From the NCBI RefSeq assembly GCF_020745735.1, contig NC_083412.1, positions 64,384,320-64,448,319 of the forward strand: a stretch of DNA of 64,000 bases, given 5' to 3'. Below are positions 1 to 12,718 of the stretch, one piece after another. The position numbers and the translations under genes are program-made. The DNA is from Hemiscyllium ocellatum. Lineage: Eukaryota. The notes below the pieces were generated by a model. It had not been told where the DNA came from. It saw only the letters and a program-made list of their open reading frames with translations, and made no database searches. How positions within the stretch are numbered: the first letter of the stretch is position 1; each line of letters opens with the position of its first letter.

Positions 1-1149
1 CTTGTCCAATCATATACATCTATGTCACACAAAGATGGCACAAGGTAGCTGCACAGTTCCAAAGTATGCTGCACTTTACTCATGAAGGGTAGGTCTGGAG
101 TTTTATCCATGGGTACGATTATCATCAGCACTGGTGCTTCCATATCCCCTCTCTCCATTGAATCATGATAATCCTGAGGTTATAGCTTTCCAAAGTCCCA
201 TTTCAGGTGAATAGTCAATAACATTTCAGTTCACAATTAAGCCATTTTGGGTAAATATTTTTCGCTTTATCACCTACAAGCTATTTGCACAGCTTTCCAG
301 GTTTTAAATCTTTTTAGTCTGTTCACACAGTACCTCTAAGAACACCTAACCCTTTTACTTTCAAATAGAAAAATTGAGCTCTTTCTGAGTGTCCTTCCTC
401 TCCACACAGGAATTCACCGTGATTCTCTCTTTGTCTCTGCCTGTTTTCTATATGTGCTAGATGTTACAGTTGTCTGCTGGTATACTTGAAGGCTACTCTA
501 AGGCAGGAGGAGAATACCTCCTTTGCCCATCTAAGGTACTTCAAAACCCCAACCTAAGATTGCATCATCCTTCTTTAAACCAAACTCCCAACCCACATTC
601 TCTCATCCTCAGTTTCATGCAGTCTGCCAAGCTGGTCTGCCCAGATACTCAGAACTATCTGAGTCAGAAATTCATGGCAGTTATTTGGGATCTATCTGTA
701 GTCCATGTTGTTACCCAAATAGGGATAGACGTTCCACTCTAAAGCAACTAAGGTAGCCCCCAACGTCGCATCATTATTCAGGCAGCTGAGTTTTGGATTT
801 TATAGTTAACTTGATAAATATATTCCATTCCTCCATTAAATCCAGCCTAATGGATCACTTTCATTCTCCAGAATCTCTTCTTGTAGCTCTCTTTTGTGTT
901 TGCAGTCTTTCTTTGTTTTGTCAGTCAGAAGGCTTCTTACTTAACTTCCTTCATATTGGTACTGTTTCCAGGTCATGAGTTGCCAAGTTGCAATGGTAAT
1001 ATTTCTATTTGTCAAGAAAATCACAGTTCATCCCTTTACAATTAATGCAAACTCTTAAAATACCTTTTCAGTTCTTGAAACAAATTACAGATTTCATAGA
1101 TATTTGAAAAAAAAAGCCTATTTACCTTACTGTACTTTTATTCTGTTGA

Positions 1150-1490
1150 CATTTGTTGCCTATCCCAGTTGCCCCTGTACTAAGTGGCTTGCTGGGCCAT
1201 ATCAGAACATAGATAAGAGCCATCCACAAAGTTATGGGTCTGGAGTGACATGTAGACCAGACCAGTTAAACATGGCAGATTGCCTTTTCTAAAGGACGTT
1301 AATGAACAAGATAGGTTTTTCTGATAACTGACAATAATTTCATAGTAACCGTTACTTTGACTAGTTTCCAATTCTGAAATTATTAGCTTAGATTAGATTA
1401 CTTCTATTAATTGAAACTCAATTCTGTGAGCTGACATATGGACAAAGCATTAGCCTTGGACCTTGGAATTAGTTGTCCAATGACATTACC
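1150..1490 (-). mobile_element. Second shark SINE family, decayed
   Basis: Shares the core (AAAAACCCATCTGGTTCACTAATG...GTGACTCCAGACCCACAG) with 31100-31350 and 53100-53415. Confidence 0.65.
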
Positions 1491-3639
1491 AGGATGTCAC
1501 AATCTCTCCTTCTTGCAAGTCAGTTGTTAGAAAGCTTCTGGATCTTGTTACATAGTAATCATACAGAGGAGTAATTTTATATTTACAATGGAATAACAGA
1601 AAATATGATAAAAACTGAAGGGTGTATTTGGATCCTTGCATTGAGACATGGAGTGCTAAATAGATCCACTTCTAACATGGAGTTAACTCCAAGAAAGGAT
1701 TGATTTGATGGTTGAAGGATTTTAAAGAATGAATCTGAAATAGACAGTTTCTGCATTAAACTTCTCTTCTCCCAGAACAATACTCTATCAACAAAGAAGT
1801 TATTTCAGAAGCACTATACCACAACGGTCTTGAATAAATGTTTTATTGGATGAAGAGAAAACCATAGCTTGTTTTTCTTCCAGGCTCATGGGGTTTCATT
1901 GCCAAATTGTTACTTTTATCAGTATTTTATCTTATCAATGTTTTGCAGGACCAAGGAAATTTTGATCCAACAAAAAGGTTTGCAGCAATTACCTATGTTA
2001 CACAGAGGCTTAACTTTATATTTTCTATGTTGGTGTTGAAATCCTTCTTAAAGGATCTAAATCACATTCTTTTAACAAGGTCACTGAAAGAAAAAGATAT
2101 AATCTGTGTAGATATTACTTTGTTCAATTTGCCTGACATTTCTGACTTGAAAAGTTAAATTTAGCTGTATTAAGGATTGTGTGTACATGTTTCTCAACCT
2201 ATTTCTTTGACCAACGTTTTGGTCATTTATGCAAATAGCTTCTTATGTGACTTTGATTTCAAATGCCTCAGTTAAGTACTTTGGAATATTTTATTGTGTT
2301 AAATTGCTAAATAATGCAGTTATTGATTTGAGAGAAAAGGGGTTGACTCAGTGACCAAAGCAGAAAAACAGCTTTAGACTGAAAAGAAAAAGAGGAGTGA
2401 ATTTCTTTTAATATTATAATAACAAATTGGAAAGTGTCAAAGGGAGAACACAGACTGGGATTTTGCAGTCAGTGGCGAAAGAACAACAATTCTTATGGAC
2501 ATTAAAATAACCAAAGGTTTAGCTGTCTCTGGAAGACATGTTTGCTCCTTTCTGATGTTAGTCATGATTTGATGCCTTCTAAAGAGAGTCTGCAGTATCC
2601 AGCAATAGGGCAAGCAGCAGATAGATTGTTCAGATAATCATATTCAAGCATTCTCACAAATGACACTGCAGGAAGTAAAAAGGAATTTAAGTTATTTTAA
2701 AGGAGGCCAAATAAAGATACCTTCTTCAGTGCTTTGTCCAAAGGCAATCCACCCCACAGCACCATGGCCTCCATCGTGAGTGGGATAAGGTGGCAGTTTC
2801 TAAATCTAAAGCAACTGATTGAGGATCAAAATCTTTGCTTTTGGAACTAATCTGATCCACACCAGCCAAATGAGTCCATTGGCCCATTATGGATGCTATG
2901 GTCTGGGTCAGGATCTGAGTCACTCTTGACCCTAGCCACTGGCGCATGTTGGATGGATTTGAAAATTAATACTCACATGATGAATGTACCTTCCTTGGCT
3001 ATCAAAGCCCCAGCACAGGATTTTAAAATGGAGCTTCTGGTTCAGAGGCAGGGACACTACCCAGTGTGCCACAATATCTTCATTTGGGAAATGTACCTGA
3101 AATTAAAGAAGAAATCTAAAGACTAGAACAATAACATTCAAAATGAATTATTTAACTAGAAATCTCTAATTTTTATAAGCTGATCTGAAAGGCTGAAACT
3201 CAGTTGTAAAATTACTTTTCAGAACAAGAGAAGTTGTTCAGTATTCATAAATTACTGTCTGTTTTAAAATTCGGAGCTAGATTGTATGCTGTCCCATTGA
3301 TATATTCGAAGATGGGGACTATCTTGCTGCAACTTATCTGCCTGCCCTTGCCCTCAGCAATAATACTAATGGTGGGGGTGGCTGGGAGACCCAAGTCAAC
3401 CACCCAGCCCAGCAGGTTTCCCTGTGTAGCCTGGTCTTAGATGGAGCTCCCTTTTTAACAGAACCTCGCGCCAATCAGAGGGACACCTCTCCCCAAGATG
3501 GGACACATCTCCAGATTGTCCACTCCCATAGACTCTCAAATCCTAGTCCTTTGACTTTTAACCCCTCACCCCCCACCCCCCCCACCCCATCCAACCCCAC
3601 CCCCCATTCTTGGGTCTGCTAGCTTGACACCAAACAAGT

Positions 3640-3843
3640 CTGGAAGAAAGTGAGGGCTCCAGATGCTGGACAGTCAGAGTCGAAAAGGGTGGCTTTGGTA
3701 AAGCATAACAAGTCAGGCAGCATCCGAGGAGCAGGAAAACCACCAGGAATGAAGGGCTTATGCCCAAAACATTGGCTTTCCTGCTCCTTGGATGCTGCCT
3801 GGCCTGCTGTGCTGTTCCAGCGCCACACGTTTTGACCAAACAG
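3640..3843. mobile_element. Short palindromic PLE-derived element (family A)
   Basis: GGCAGCATCCGAGGAGCAGG and CCTGCTCCTTGGATGCTGCC inverted around a degenerate hammerhead core. Confidence 0.75.
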
Positions 3844-4299
3844 GGCTCCAAAATACATTGCTGCACTGCTCTTCAGTTCTGGACAGCTGCCAGTATTTAT
3901 TTAGTTGGCAGCTCTCCGAAACAGGATTTCCTGTCTCTGTTCTGGCACCTCATATAACGAGCCCTCATTGAGCAAGGCTAAAATTTATCATTACTCCTTA
4001 CAACAAGAATAATGTGTAAATAAATAATTAGCATGTCTAATGATTCCATCTGCAAACACTGCAACATCGTAACCTTTTAAAGAGCAGAGAGTAACCTCTA
4101 GATTTTCACATTAACCTGAGCATTAATACATTGATAATGGCGAGGGTTCACCATTTTCAGTGTCACAAGTTCTGTTGCATAAGCAATCCTCACTGCTGAC
4201 TATTGGATTATTTAAGGCAGTCTGCACCCTTGCTCTTCATGAGGTAGGATTCTGCCACAATCTGTTGCTTTGTGCATATATCCCAGGAAAGCAAGTATT

Positions 4300-5625
4300 C
4301 AGGATAGAAATAAGAGTCACGTGGAAAAAGATGGGTTGATTAGGACGAGTTGGCATGGATTTCTAAAGGGGAAATCCTGTTTAAACTAAGTTGCTGGAGT
4401 TTTTTGAAGGTGTAACAGAAGGCCTTGATGGGGGTAACATTATTGCTGTGGTATGCCTGGTTTCCAAAGGCAGGGCCAGGTGACAGACCTAAGAGGAAAG
4501 TTATAAGTCATGGAATAAAAGGGACAGTAGCAGCATGGATACAAAACTGGCTGAGTGGTAGGAAACAGAGAATAATGGTCAATAGATATTCTTCAGGCTG
4601 GAGGAAGGTTTGGAGTGGTGTTCCCCCCAGGGTCGGTACTGGGACACTTGCTTTTCCTGATCATATATCCATGATCTGGATATTTCTTTGTAGGGGACAA
4701 TTTCAAAGTTGACAGATGACATTAAACTTGGAAAAGTTGTGTGGAGTTCCAGATGGACATTAATACGTTGGTGGTGGAGGTGGAGATGTGGCAGCTGACG
4801 TAGGTCAGAAGAACATTGAAAGACAACATTAATTAGGGTTACAATTCTGTAGGAAGAGAGGGCCCTGGTTATATATGTGCACAGATCTTTGAAGGTGACA
4901 GGCTAGATGGAGTGCATAATGCGTAAATCATACAGTATTCACAGCTTTATTAATAGAGGCAAAGAATATAAGAGCAGGAAGGTTATGTTGAACTTGCACA
5001 TAGACTTGATGGACCTCAGCCCAACTATTGTGTACAGTTGGGACTGTCGCATTACAGGAAAGATTAGATTAGGTTAGACTTACAGTGTGGAAACAGGCCC
5101 TTCGGCCCAACAAGTCCACACCAACCCGCAACCCACCCATACCCCTACATTTACCCCTTACCTAACACTACGGGCAATTTAGCTTGGCCAATTCACCTGA
5201 CCCGCACATCTTTGGCCTGTGGGAGGAAACCGGAGCACCCGGAGGAAACCCACGCAGACACGGGGAGAACGTGCAAACTCCACACAGTCAGTCGCCTGAG
5301 TCGAGAATTGAACCCGGGTCTACAGGCGCTGTGAGGCAGCAGTGCTAACCACTGTGCCACCGTGCCGCCCACAATGATGTGGGCGGCACGGTGGCACAGT
5401 TGCACAAAGATGTGAAGGCATTGGAGAGTGCAAAAGTGATTTACAAGAATGGCTCCAGAATGAGAAATGTCAGCTCTGAGGATAGATTGAAAATGTTGTG
5501 ACTATTCTCCCTGGAGACAAAAATACTGAGAGAAGATTTGACAGAGGTTTTCAAAATCAAGACTTGGCTTGGACAGAATAGACAGCGAGAAGCTGTGCTT
5601 CTGTAAAAGCAAAAGGAATGAGAGG
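4300..5625 (+). mobile_element. CR1 LINE ORF2 fragment, decayed, interrupted by HE1 SINE
   Basis: RT-like peptide HGIKGTVAAWIQNWLSGRKQR...SGVP; the sequence resumes after the SINE at AAAGATGTGAAGGCATTGG. Confidence 0.85.
5062..5370 (-). mobile_element. HE1-type V-SINE, full length, young
   Basis: tRNA-like head (TGGCACAGTGG A box, GGTTCAATTC B box), V-domain GTGTGGAGTTTGCACGTTCTCCCCGTG, CR1-like 3' end and (TCTAA)n tail; inserted in a CR1. Confidence 0.9.
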
Positions 5626-6067
5626 GTATTAATACAAAGCAAAATACTTCAGATGTTGGAAATCTGAAATGAAAGCAATACATGCTGGACATCCCCAATA
5701 GGTCAGTCAGCATCAGTGGAGTAAAACAGAGTAAATGTTTCAAATCAAGGCATAAATTCATCTCAAATTGAGTATTTCAAGCATTTTTAAAATCTTTCTC
5801 TGAATAAATTTTGTACTGGACGAACCTACCTCTTCCTTGGTGAGAAACAGACCCTGAATTGTCCAATATGGCAAATATTCAGTCTGTGCCTGAAGGCTGC
5901 CATACACCATGTTTGTTATGGCATCATGAGGTTACTCAGGGGCTAGAATTTATCCATCCACTACTGCCCTTTTTAAGGCCAGGATGCATGCAACACTTAG
6001 AGGGTGCCCCACTCCAACATCCCCTATCTTAATCTGCCTAAAATTTAAAGATTTAAAACGGACATAA

Positions 6068-6596
6068 CCAGCAACTTTTTCATGCAGAGGGTGGTGTGTG
6101 TATGGAATGATCTGCCAGAGGAAGTGGTGGAGGCTGGTACAATTACAACATTTAAAAGGCATCTGGATGGGTCCAGGGGTTGGGGAGTTCCAGAACTAGA
6201 GGGCACAGGTTTAGGGTGGGAGGGGAAAAATATAAAAGAGACCTAAGGGGCAACCTTTTCATGCAGAGGGTGGTACATGTATGGAATGAGCTGCCAGAGG
6301 AAGTGGTAGAGGCTGGTACAATTACAACATTTCAGAAGCATTTGGATGGGTATATGAATAGGAAGGGTTTGGAGGGATATGGGCCGAGTGCTAGCAGGTG
6401 GGACTAGATTTGGTTGGGATATCTGGTCATCATGGACGGGATGGACCAAAGGGTCTGTTTGCATGCTGTACGTCTCTATGACTCTCTAGGAATAAGAAGG
6501 CTTTAGAGGGATACGAGGTTAATTTAGGATATCTGGTCAGGAGGATGAGTTGGACCGAAGGGTCTGTTTCTGTGCTGTACATCTCTATGACTCTAA
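6068..6596 (+). mobile_element. Three stacked CR1 (HER1-type) 3' ends
   Basis: QRVV.VWN.LPEEVVEAGTITTFK.HLD occurs twice (non-identical); two 3' UTRs with CTCTATGACTCT tails. Confidence 0.9.
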
Positions 6597-8377
6597 GATA
6601 TAGAGGCATTGGACAAACGTTGAAGGGGGCTTCACCTCACCACAGTATATAACTCATTGCCCTTTGGCTGCAAAGGCTGCAATCATGTAAAAGGTGAGAG
6701 AGTGCCTCTTCTCCAAGTTAATGACCTATTTAACTCACCCCTGTGTCCTCTTGAAAGTAAACCATTCCCCACCAACCTCACCCCCACTTATTCAGACCTG
6801 TGTTCCCAGCCTTAGCTGGGCTCCTCAGCCTGGCAGGTCTTCCCGTGTTCCCAACAGTGGTTACTCCCGAGTTGTTGGGAATCCAGCCTAGGGTTCCATC
6901 TGAAAGTCTAGCATTGGGCCCTTTGTCAATTAAAATTGCATTGTAACTTTTTCAAGTCTCTTTGTGAAATTGGTTCTCAAATGAATGCAGCATGGTCTAA
7001 ACATGTTGCAATTATGGTTGGTGAGTACACTGCAGCCAATGTGCTGATAAATTATTTGTACATACCTGAGGCAGGATTTTATAGACGGTGAAATTCCTGC
7101 CCCACCATCCAAAGACTCAATGGGCTTGCACCCTCCTATAGCACCACAGTTATTTAGCTGGTGATGCAAGTTTGTCCTTCATTTAGAATGAGGTCTTGCC
7201 TCAGAGAGCTGCTGGCCATTCTGCCCTAGTGACTGAGTCTGGGACTCCAAGCTGTCCTCAGATTCCACGTCCTTGAGCCCAGGACCACAGCAGGATAGGG
7301 GCTTCCGGTTTTGGGAGATGGAGAGAAGGGGCTGGGGGTCCAGTTCAAACAGCACACCATTGGGAAGGGAGAATGCCCCATGTGGAAAGGGGCAGTGAGG
7401 GAGCTCCTCACCTTACCAGCAAATCCCCAACTAGGGTGATCATCCTTCCAGCAGCTTCAAAATGAAAGGCAACCATAAAGCTGCTCTGAAATGCCAAACA
7501 TTTGGACACATAAGAACCTCAATTGGGGCAGGGGTGGGAGGACTGCCCAGAGCTTTTGCCACCCAAAATAAAATAGCAGACCTGTTGGTGGCAGGAGGGG
7601 GGAATGTGAAAAACCCAGAGAATTTCCCTGGCCTTCTCTCACCTATTGGCTAGAAACTGTAAAGTCCTGCCCCAACTATGGTGTCAAAAGGAGGAGTGGT
7701 GCAACTGGCTCCATGTTAAAACTAAGCCACTGCATGCATTTCTTTCTATGAGTGCATGCAGATTTAATTCAGGATTTCCACACTTTATTTCTATTTCACT
7801 TTTGGCTTCAGATTTGTTCTCCTGTAACACTTTGACTTAAATCTGGCCATTTTTCACAAACATAGGCAAAGATGAGAAATAAATGTGCACATACTATTGG
7901 AAATAATTAATGTTCAAGAGGTGAATTAAAGAAATCTTTTTAGATTAGAATGTACATATTGGCTTATAGTTGAACGATTCATTTATGTACAGACCTCAAC
8001 TGGCCTCAGTGATGCACACAGTCTTTGGTTCACTCAGGTGTCTGTTCTGGCTTTCCATCTTAATGTGAACATGTGATTGCAACGTTATTAGCATTAATCC
8101 CATGTGGACCAACAACGTGCTTTTGTAATATAAACAAAAACTGATGGACTTTGATCAAATTCAAGTGACTCATTCAATATTTGCAGTGGTACAGATTTTC
8201 AGTCAATTTGTTCTGATTTTAGCATTGTAGCAGAGCTGATGCAGTACTACAGTAATTTACAATATGTATTCTATATATAAATTAACCAGTGACATGAGAC
8301 TACCTTTGCGCTTTAACACATAGAACATAGAACATAGAACATCACTTCACATTGTTAACTGTTGGATTAAACATGAG

Positions 8378-9431
8378 AACGGTGGTCTGTTGTTTCGCCC
8401 TTAGGTCTCCAATGTAAAAGAGTTGACATTCTAACGGTTCTGTTCTCATAGTCCACATTTTATTAACATTTAGACATTAGTGCGTATAAATATATGCCTG
8501 TGTTTTACACATTCACACAAAACTCTGGGGGTATACCTGATCCCAAAGTAATGCATATAGAACCAATATGAGTAATAACACTAAACCTAATACCTCTAAA
8601 ATAAAATGAATGAAACCAGTACCGCTAAACAACAGCTAATCAAAATATTTAGATTAGATTAGACTTACAGTGTGGAAACAGGCCCTTCGGCCCAACAAGT
8701 CCACACCGACCCGCCGAAGCGCAACCCACCCATACCCCTACATTTACCCCTTACCTAACACTACGGGCAATTTAGCTTGGCCAATTCACCTGACCCGCAC
8801 ATCTTTGTGACTGTGGGAGGAAACCGGAGCACCCGGAGGAAACCCACGCAGACACGGGGAGAACGTGCAAACTCCACACAGTCAGTCGCCTGTAGACCCG
8901 GGTTCAATTCCCGACTCAGGCGACTGACTGTGTGGAGTTTGCACGTTCTCCCCGTGTCTGCGTGGGTTTCCTCCGGGTGCTCCGGTTTCCTCCCACAGTC
9001 ACAAAGATGTGCGAGTCAGGTGAATTGGCCAAGCTAAATTGCCCGTAGTGTTAGGTAAGGGGTAAATGTAGGGGTATGGGTGGGTTGCGCTTCGGCGGGT
9101 CGGTGTGGACTTGTTGGGCCGAAGGGCCTGTTTCCACACTGTAAGTCTAATCTAATCTAAATATTTTGATTAGCTGTTGTTTAGAGGTACTGGTTTCATT
9201 CATTTTATTTTAGAGGTATTAGGTTTAGTGTTATTACTCATATTGGTTCTATATGCATTACTTTGGGATCAGGTATACCCCCAGAGTTTTGTGTGAATGT
9301 GTAAAACACAGGCATATATTTATACGCACTAATGTCTAAATGTTAATAAAATGTGGACTATGAGAACAGAACCGTTAGAATGTCAACTCTTTTACATTGG
9401 AGACCTAAGGGCGAAACAACAGACCACCGTT
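8378..9431. repeat. 1,054-bp palindrome (515-bp inverted arms, 24-bp spacer)
   Basis: 8378-8892 is the reverse complement of 8917-9431 with 2 mismatches (9014, 9185). Each arm has about 245 bp of SINE plus about 270 bp of unique flank. Confidence 0.97.
8649..9160. mobile_element. Two head-to-head HE1 V-SINE copies forming the palindrome centre
   Basis: Minus copy about 8649-8892 and plus copy about 8887-9160; both lack the 5' about 40 nt. Confidence 0.9.
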
Positions 9432-9714
9432 AATATAATAAATATTTTTAATACCTGTGTTAGAGCATACCAAAGCAATAGCTCCATATTAAACCATTAC
9501 ATACAATAGGATTGCAGTATTTAACTAGTGACTCTTGGAGTTTTCTTGTGCCAACATGGTAAAGTAGATATATTTAACACCAAAACTAAGAGCAGGAGTA
9601 GGCCATTCAGCTCCTGTAGCCTACTGAGCCATTCAGTAAGATCAAACCTGATCTAATGGCGGCATTAACTCCACATTCCCACCTTTGCTGAAGAAAAAAT
9701 ATTCCAACGTTTTT

Positions 9715-10021
9715 TTAGATTAGATTACTTACAGTGTGGAAACATGTCCTTCAGCCCAACAAGTCCACACCGACCCTCTGAAGAGCAACCCACCCAGACC
9801 CATTCCCCTACATTTACCCCTTCACCTAACACTAAAGGCAATTTAGCATGGCCAATTCACCTAACCAGTTTTTTGGACTGTGGGAGGAAACCGGAACACC
9901 CGGAGAAAACCCATGCAGACACGGGGAGAATGACTGTGTGGAGTTTACACAATCACCTGAGGCAGGAATTGAACCCAGGTCTCTGGTGCTGTGAGGCAGC
10001 AGTGCTGACCACTGTGCTACC
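9715..10021 (-). mobile_element. HE1 V-SINE, older copy
   Basis: V-domain, tail and tRNA-like head with substitutions. Confidence 0.85.
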
Positions 10022-10519
10022 TACAAAAATTATTGGCTTAAATTGTAATCATAACTGATTCAATATTTATAACATTGCCATTTACCTTATTTCATGGATC
10101 AAAATTGGAATTAATACCATATTCAACACTGATCAGTATCAAGAAAATATTAATAGAATATTTATTAAGAACTCAAACAATTTTGTGCTTGTAAATGTGA
10201 CAGTATGGTCGTGTTTTAATGAATAAAAGACACATTATGTTTGCTTCAGTAGCAAAAGTAAAATATATTGGCCTTTTGCACACCATGTGCTTGCAACACA
10301 GTTTAGCTAGTGAAAAGTGCTATTATTGCTCTGCCCAATGTTTGAAAGGGATTCTAAAATGATATTTTTCAATTCCTTTCTATTTTGTCTATGATATCTA
10401 GATACAATATGTTAGTTTATTGGCATCATATGTTCAAAGTCTATTTTATTGCATAATTTAACGAGCGACTCTTGGGGTTTTCTAGTATCGGCTTCTAAAT
10501 GTTTTGCAGAATTCACATG

Positions 10520-11350
10520 TTATCCAGCTATCTGCATTCCGCAGAGGCCATTCCCTCTGCGACTCCCTCGTTAGATCCATGCCCCCCTACCAACCCACTT
10601 TCCACACCCAGCACTTTCCCTTGCCACTGCAAGAGGTGTAAAACCTGCACTCACACCTCCCCCCTCACCTCCATCCAAGGCCCCATTTACTGTGTCATTC
10701 CTCTCGATGTGGTCTCCTCTGCACTGGGGAGGCAAGATGCCAACGCTTGGAGCGTTTCAGGGAACATCTCTGAGATGCATAAACCAAACAATCCCACTGC
10801 CTTGTAGCTGATCAGTTCAATTCCCCCCTCTCACTCTGCCAAGGACATGCATGTCCTAGGCCTCCTCCACCACCAAGTCAAAACCACCCACCAACTGGAG
10901 AAAGAACATCTCATCTTCCACCTTGGGACCCTTCAACCACACGGCATCAACTTTACTAATTTCCAAATCTCCCCTCCTCCCACCACATCCCAGATCCAAC
11001 CCTCCAACTCAGCACCATTCTCTTGACCTGTCCATCTTCCTTCCCACCTATCTGCTCCACCCTCCTCACTGATCTCTCAGAATTACCCTCCCCGCTCCAC
11101 CCTCCTCACTGATCTCTCAGAATTACCCTCACCTGCATCTACCTATCACCTTTCCAGCTACCTTCACTCTCAGCCCCATCCCCTCCCACCTCCATATTTA
11201 TCTCTCAGCCCCCTTCACACACCCCCATTCCTGATGAAGGACTTATGCCCAAAACATCGACTGTCCTGCTCCTTGGATGCTGCCTGACCTGCTTTGCTTT
11301 TCCAGCAACACTTTTCAACTCTCACTCCCCAGCATCTGCAGTCCTCAATT
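10520..11350 (+). mobile_element. Penelope-like element 3' fragment, decayed
   Basis: FPCHCKRCKTCTHTSPLTSIQGP; internal deletion in the GIY-YIG region; same terminal repeat as 16540-16688. Confidence 0.85.
11054..11130 (+). repeat. 37-bp perfect tandem duplication inside the PLE fragment
   Basis: GCTCCACCCTCCTCACTGATCTCTCAGAATTACCCTC at 11054-11090 and 11094-11130. Confidence 0.95.
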
Positions 11351-12530
11351 TCTCTGAGGATTGTAATGGCTACTCCTTGAGTAGGCAAGTCCCTTTTCAC
11401 ATTGTTCATTTTCAGTAACAAGTCAGAAGGTTATTCTAAGATTAAAGCAATTAGCAGCATCGATGACTTTCAGGTTTGAAGTGATTTTATTTTTATTATT
11501 GTTAATTGAGTTGCATTGCGATTCTGATCAGAGGAGTGAGTTGGAAAGTAAATACCCATTTTCCAAAAGCTGCATTAAAAGTGTATCTTACTTAATGACC
11601 AAAATGGTCAACTATTTCTTTTTATTATTGAACAAAAGTGACTTTCATCAGGTTCCTTCAATAAACACAAAAATAACATTTCCTAGGGGCATAACGTATT
11701 CTCCTAAGTGGCACATCCAATATGTAGATTAAACTATATCCCCCTTTATCCAAGATGCAACTACATTCATATACAGACAGGACAAGATAGTACAATTCTG
11801 CAGAGGTATTATGGGTGGGAAAAGAATAGACAAAAAAACACTTCCCTACAGTTCAAAGTTCGAGTACAGACAATAGAATGGAGTGAATTCACGCAGCTCC
11901 TTGTGATTTCCTGTCCAATTGCTGGTGGTCACAGAGCAATGGAAGATCTCCAGATTAAATTTCAGATTCAGCTGGGAAGCCCGTTAGGAACGCTGATAGT
12001 TGAAATATCGGGAATCACAAATACTTCATTGAGAAAGTGAGATTGCTTCCTTGCAAACCTCTCCAGCAGCTTCCACATCTGGGTATGTGTTGGGAAAAAA
12101 AACCCAGCACCTCAGTCCAGGGGCTGTTGCTGAGCGCATCTCCCTCGGGGTCTATTTTCAAGCAATTAATGTAAGAAAAACCCACTTTAATCTCTCCCTT
12201 AAGAGCTTTGGCTTGTATTCTCCAGGAAACCAAATGACAGACAGTCCCCAGTTTTCTTTTGGCTTTTGAGTTCCAAGAAGTCACATGGTAAACTCTTTGT
12301 AGCCCAGGAAATGTCCAAATCTCCCATTTACCAATTCTCATGATCTATTAATATATATATCACTAGACGCTGCATGTTGCAAGAATCGTGGTTATTCTTC
12401 AGAATGTGGATTATGGGGAGAATTGTGAATATAATTTACAGAGTATTTGTGCGTGTTCTGCCTCTTTGTACATTAAAATTGCAAATGTGATTTGCATATT
12501 TAGTCAGCCTTCTGACTGTCTGGCTTAAAG

Positions 12531-12718
12531 TAGATTCCCTACAGTGTGAAAACAGGCCCTTTGGCCCAACCAGGCCACATCGAAGAGTAACCCACCCAGA
12601 CCCATTTCCCTCTGGCTAATACAGCTAACACAATGAGCCAATTCACCTGACTTACACATTTTTGGACTGTGGGAGGAAACCCACGCAGACATGGAGAGAC
12701 TGAGCTACCGTGCCGCCC
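12531..12718 (-). mobile_element. HE1 V-SINE, internally deleted
   Basis: Tail, partial V-domain and 5' end ACCGTGCCGCCC present. Confidence 0.75.

Noticed and set aside
2726-2947. DFDPQS resembling CREG1 GFDPQSPLC
   Set aside because: No flanking similarity, no Cys, and no other CREG1 exons found.
6972-7025. MNAAWSKHVAIMV phase-1 candidate for CD247 exon 1
   Set aside because: Too short and not hydrophobic enough for a signal peptide; no promoter features.
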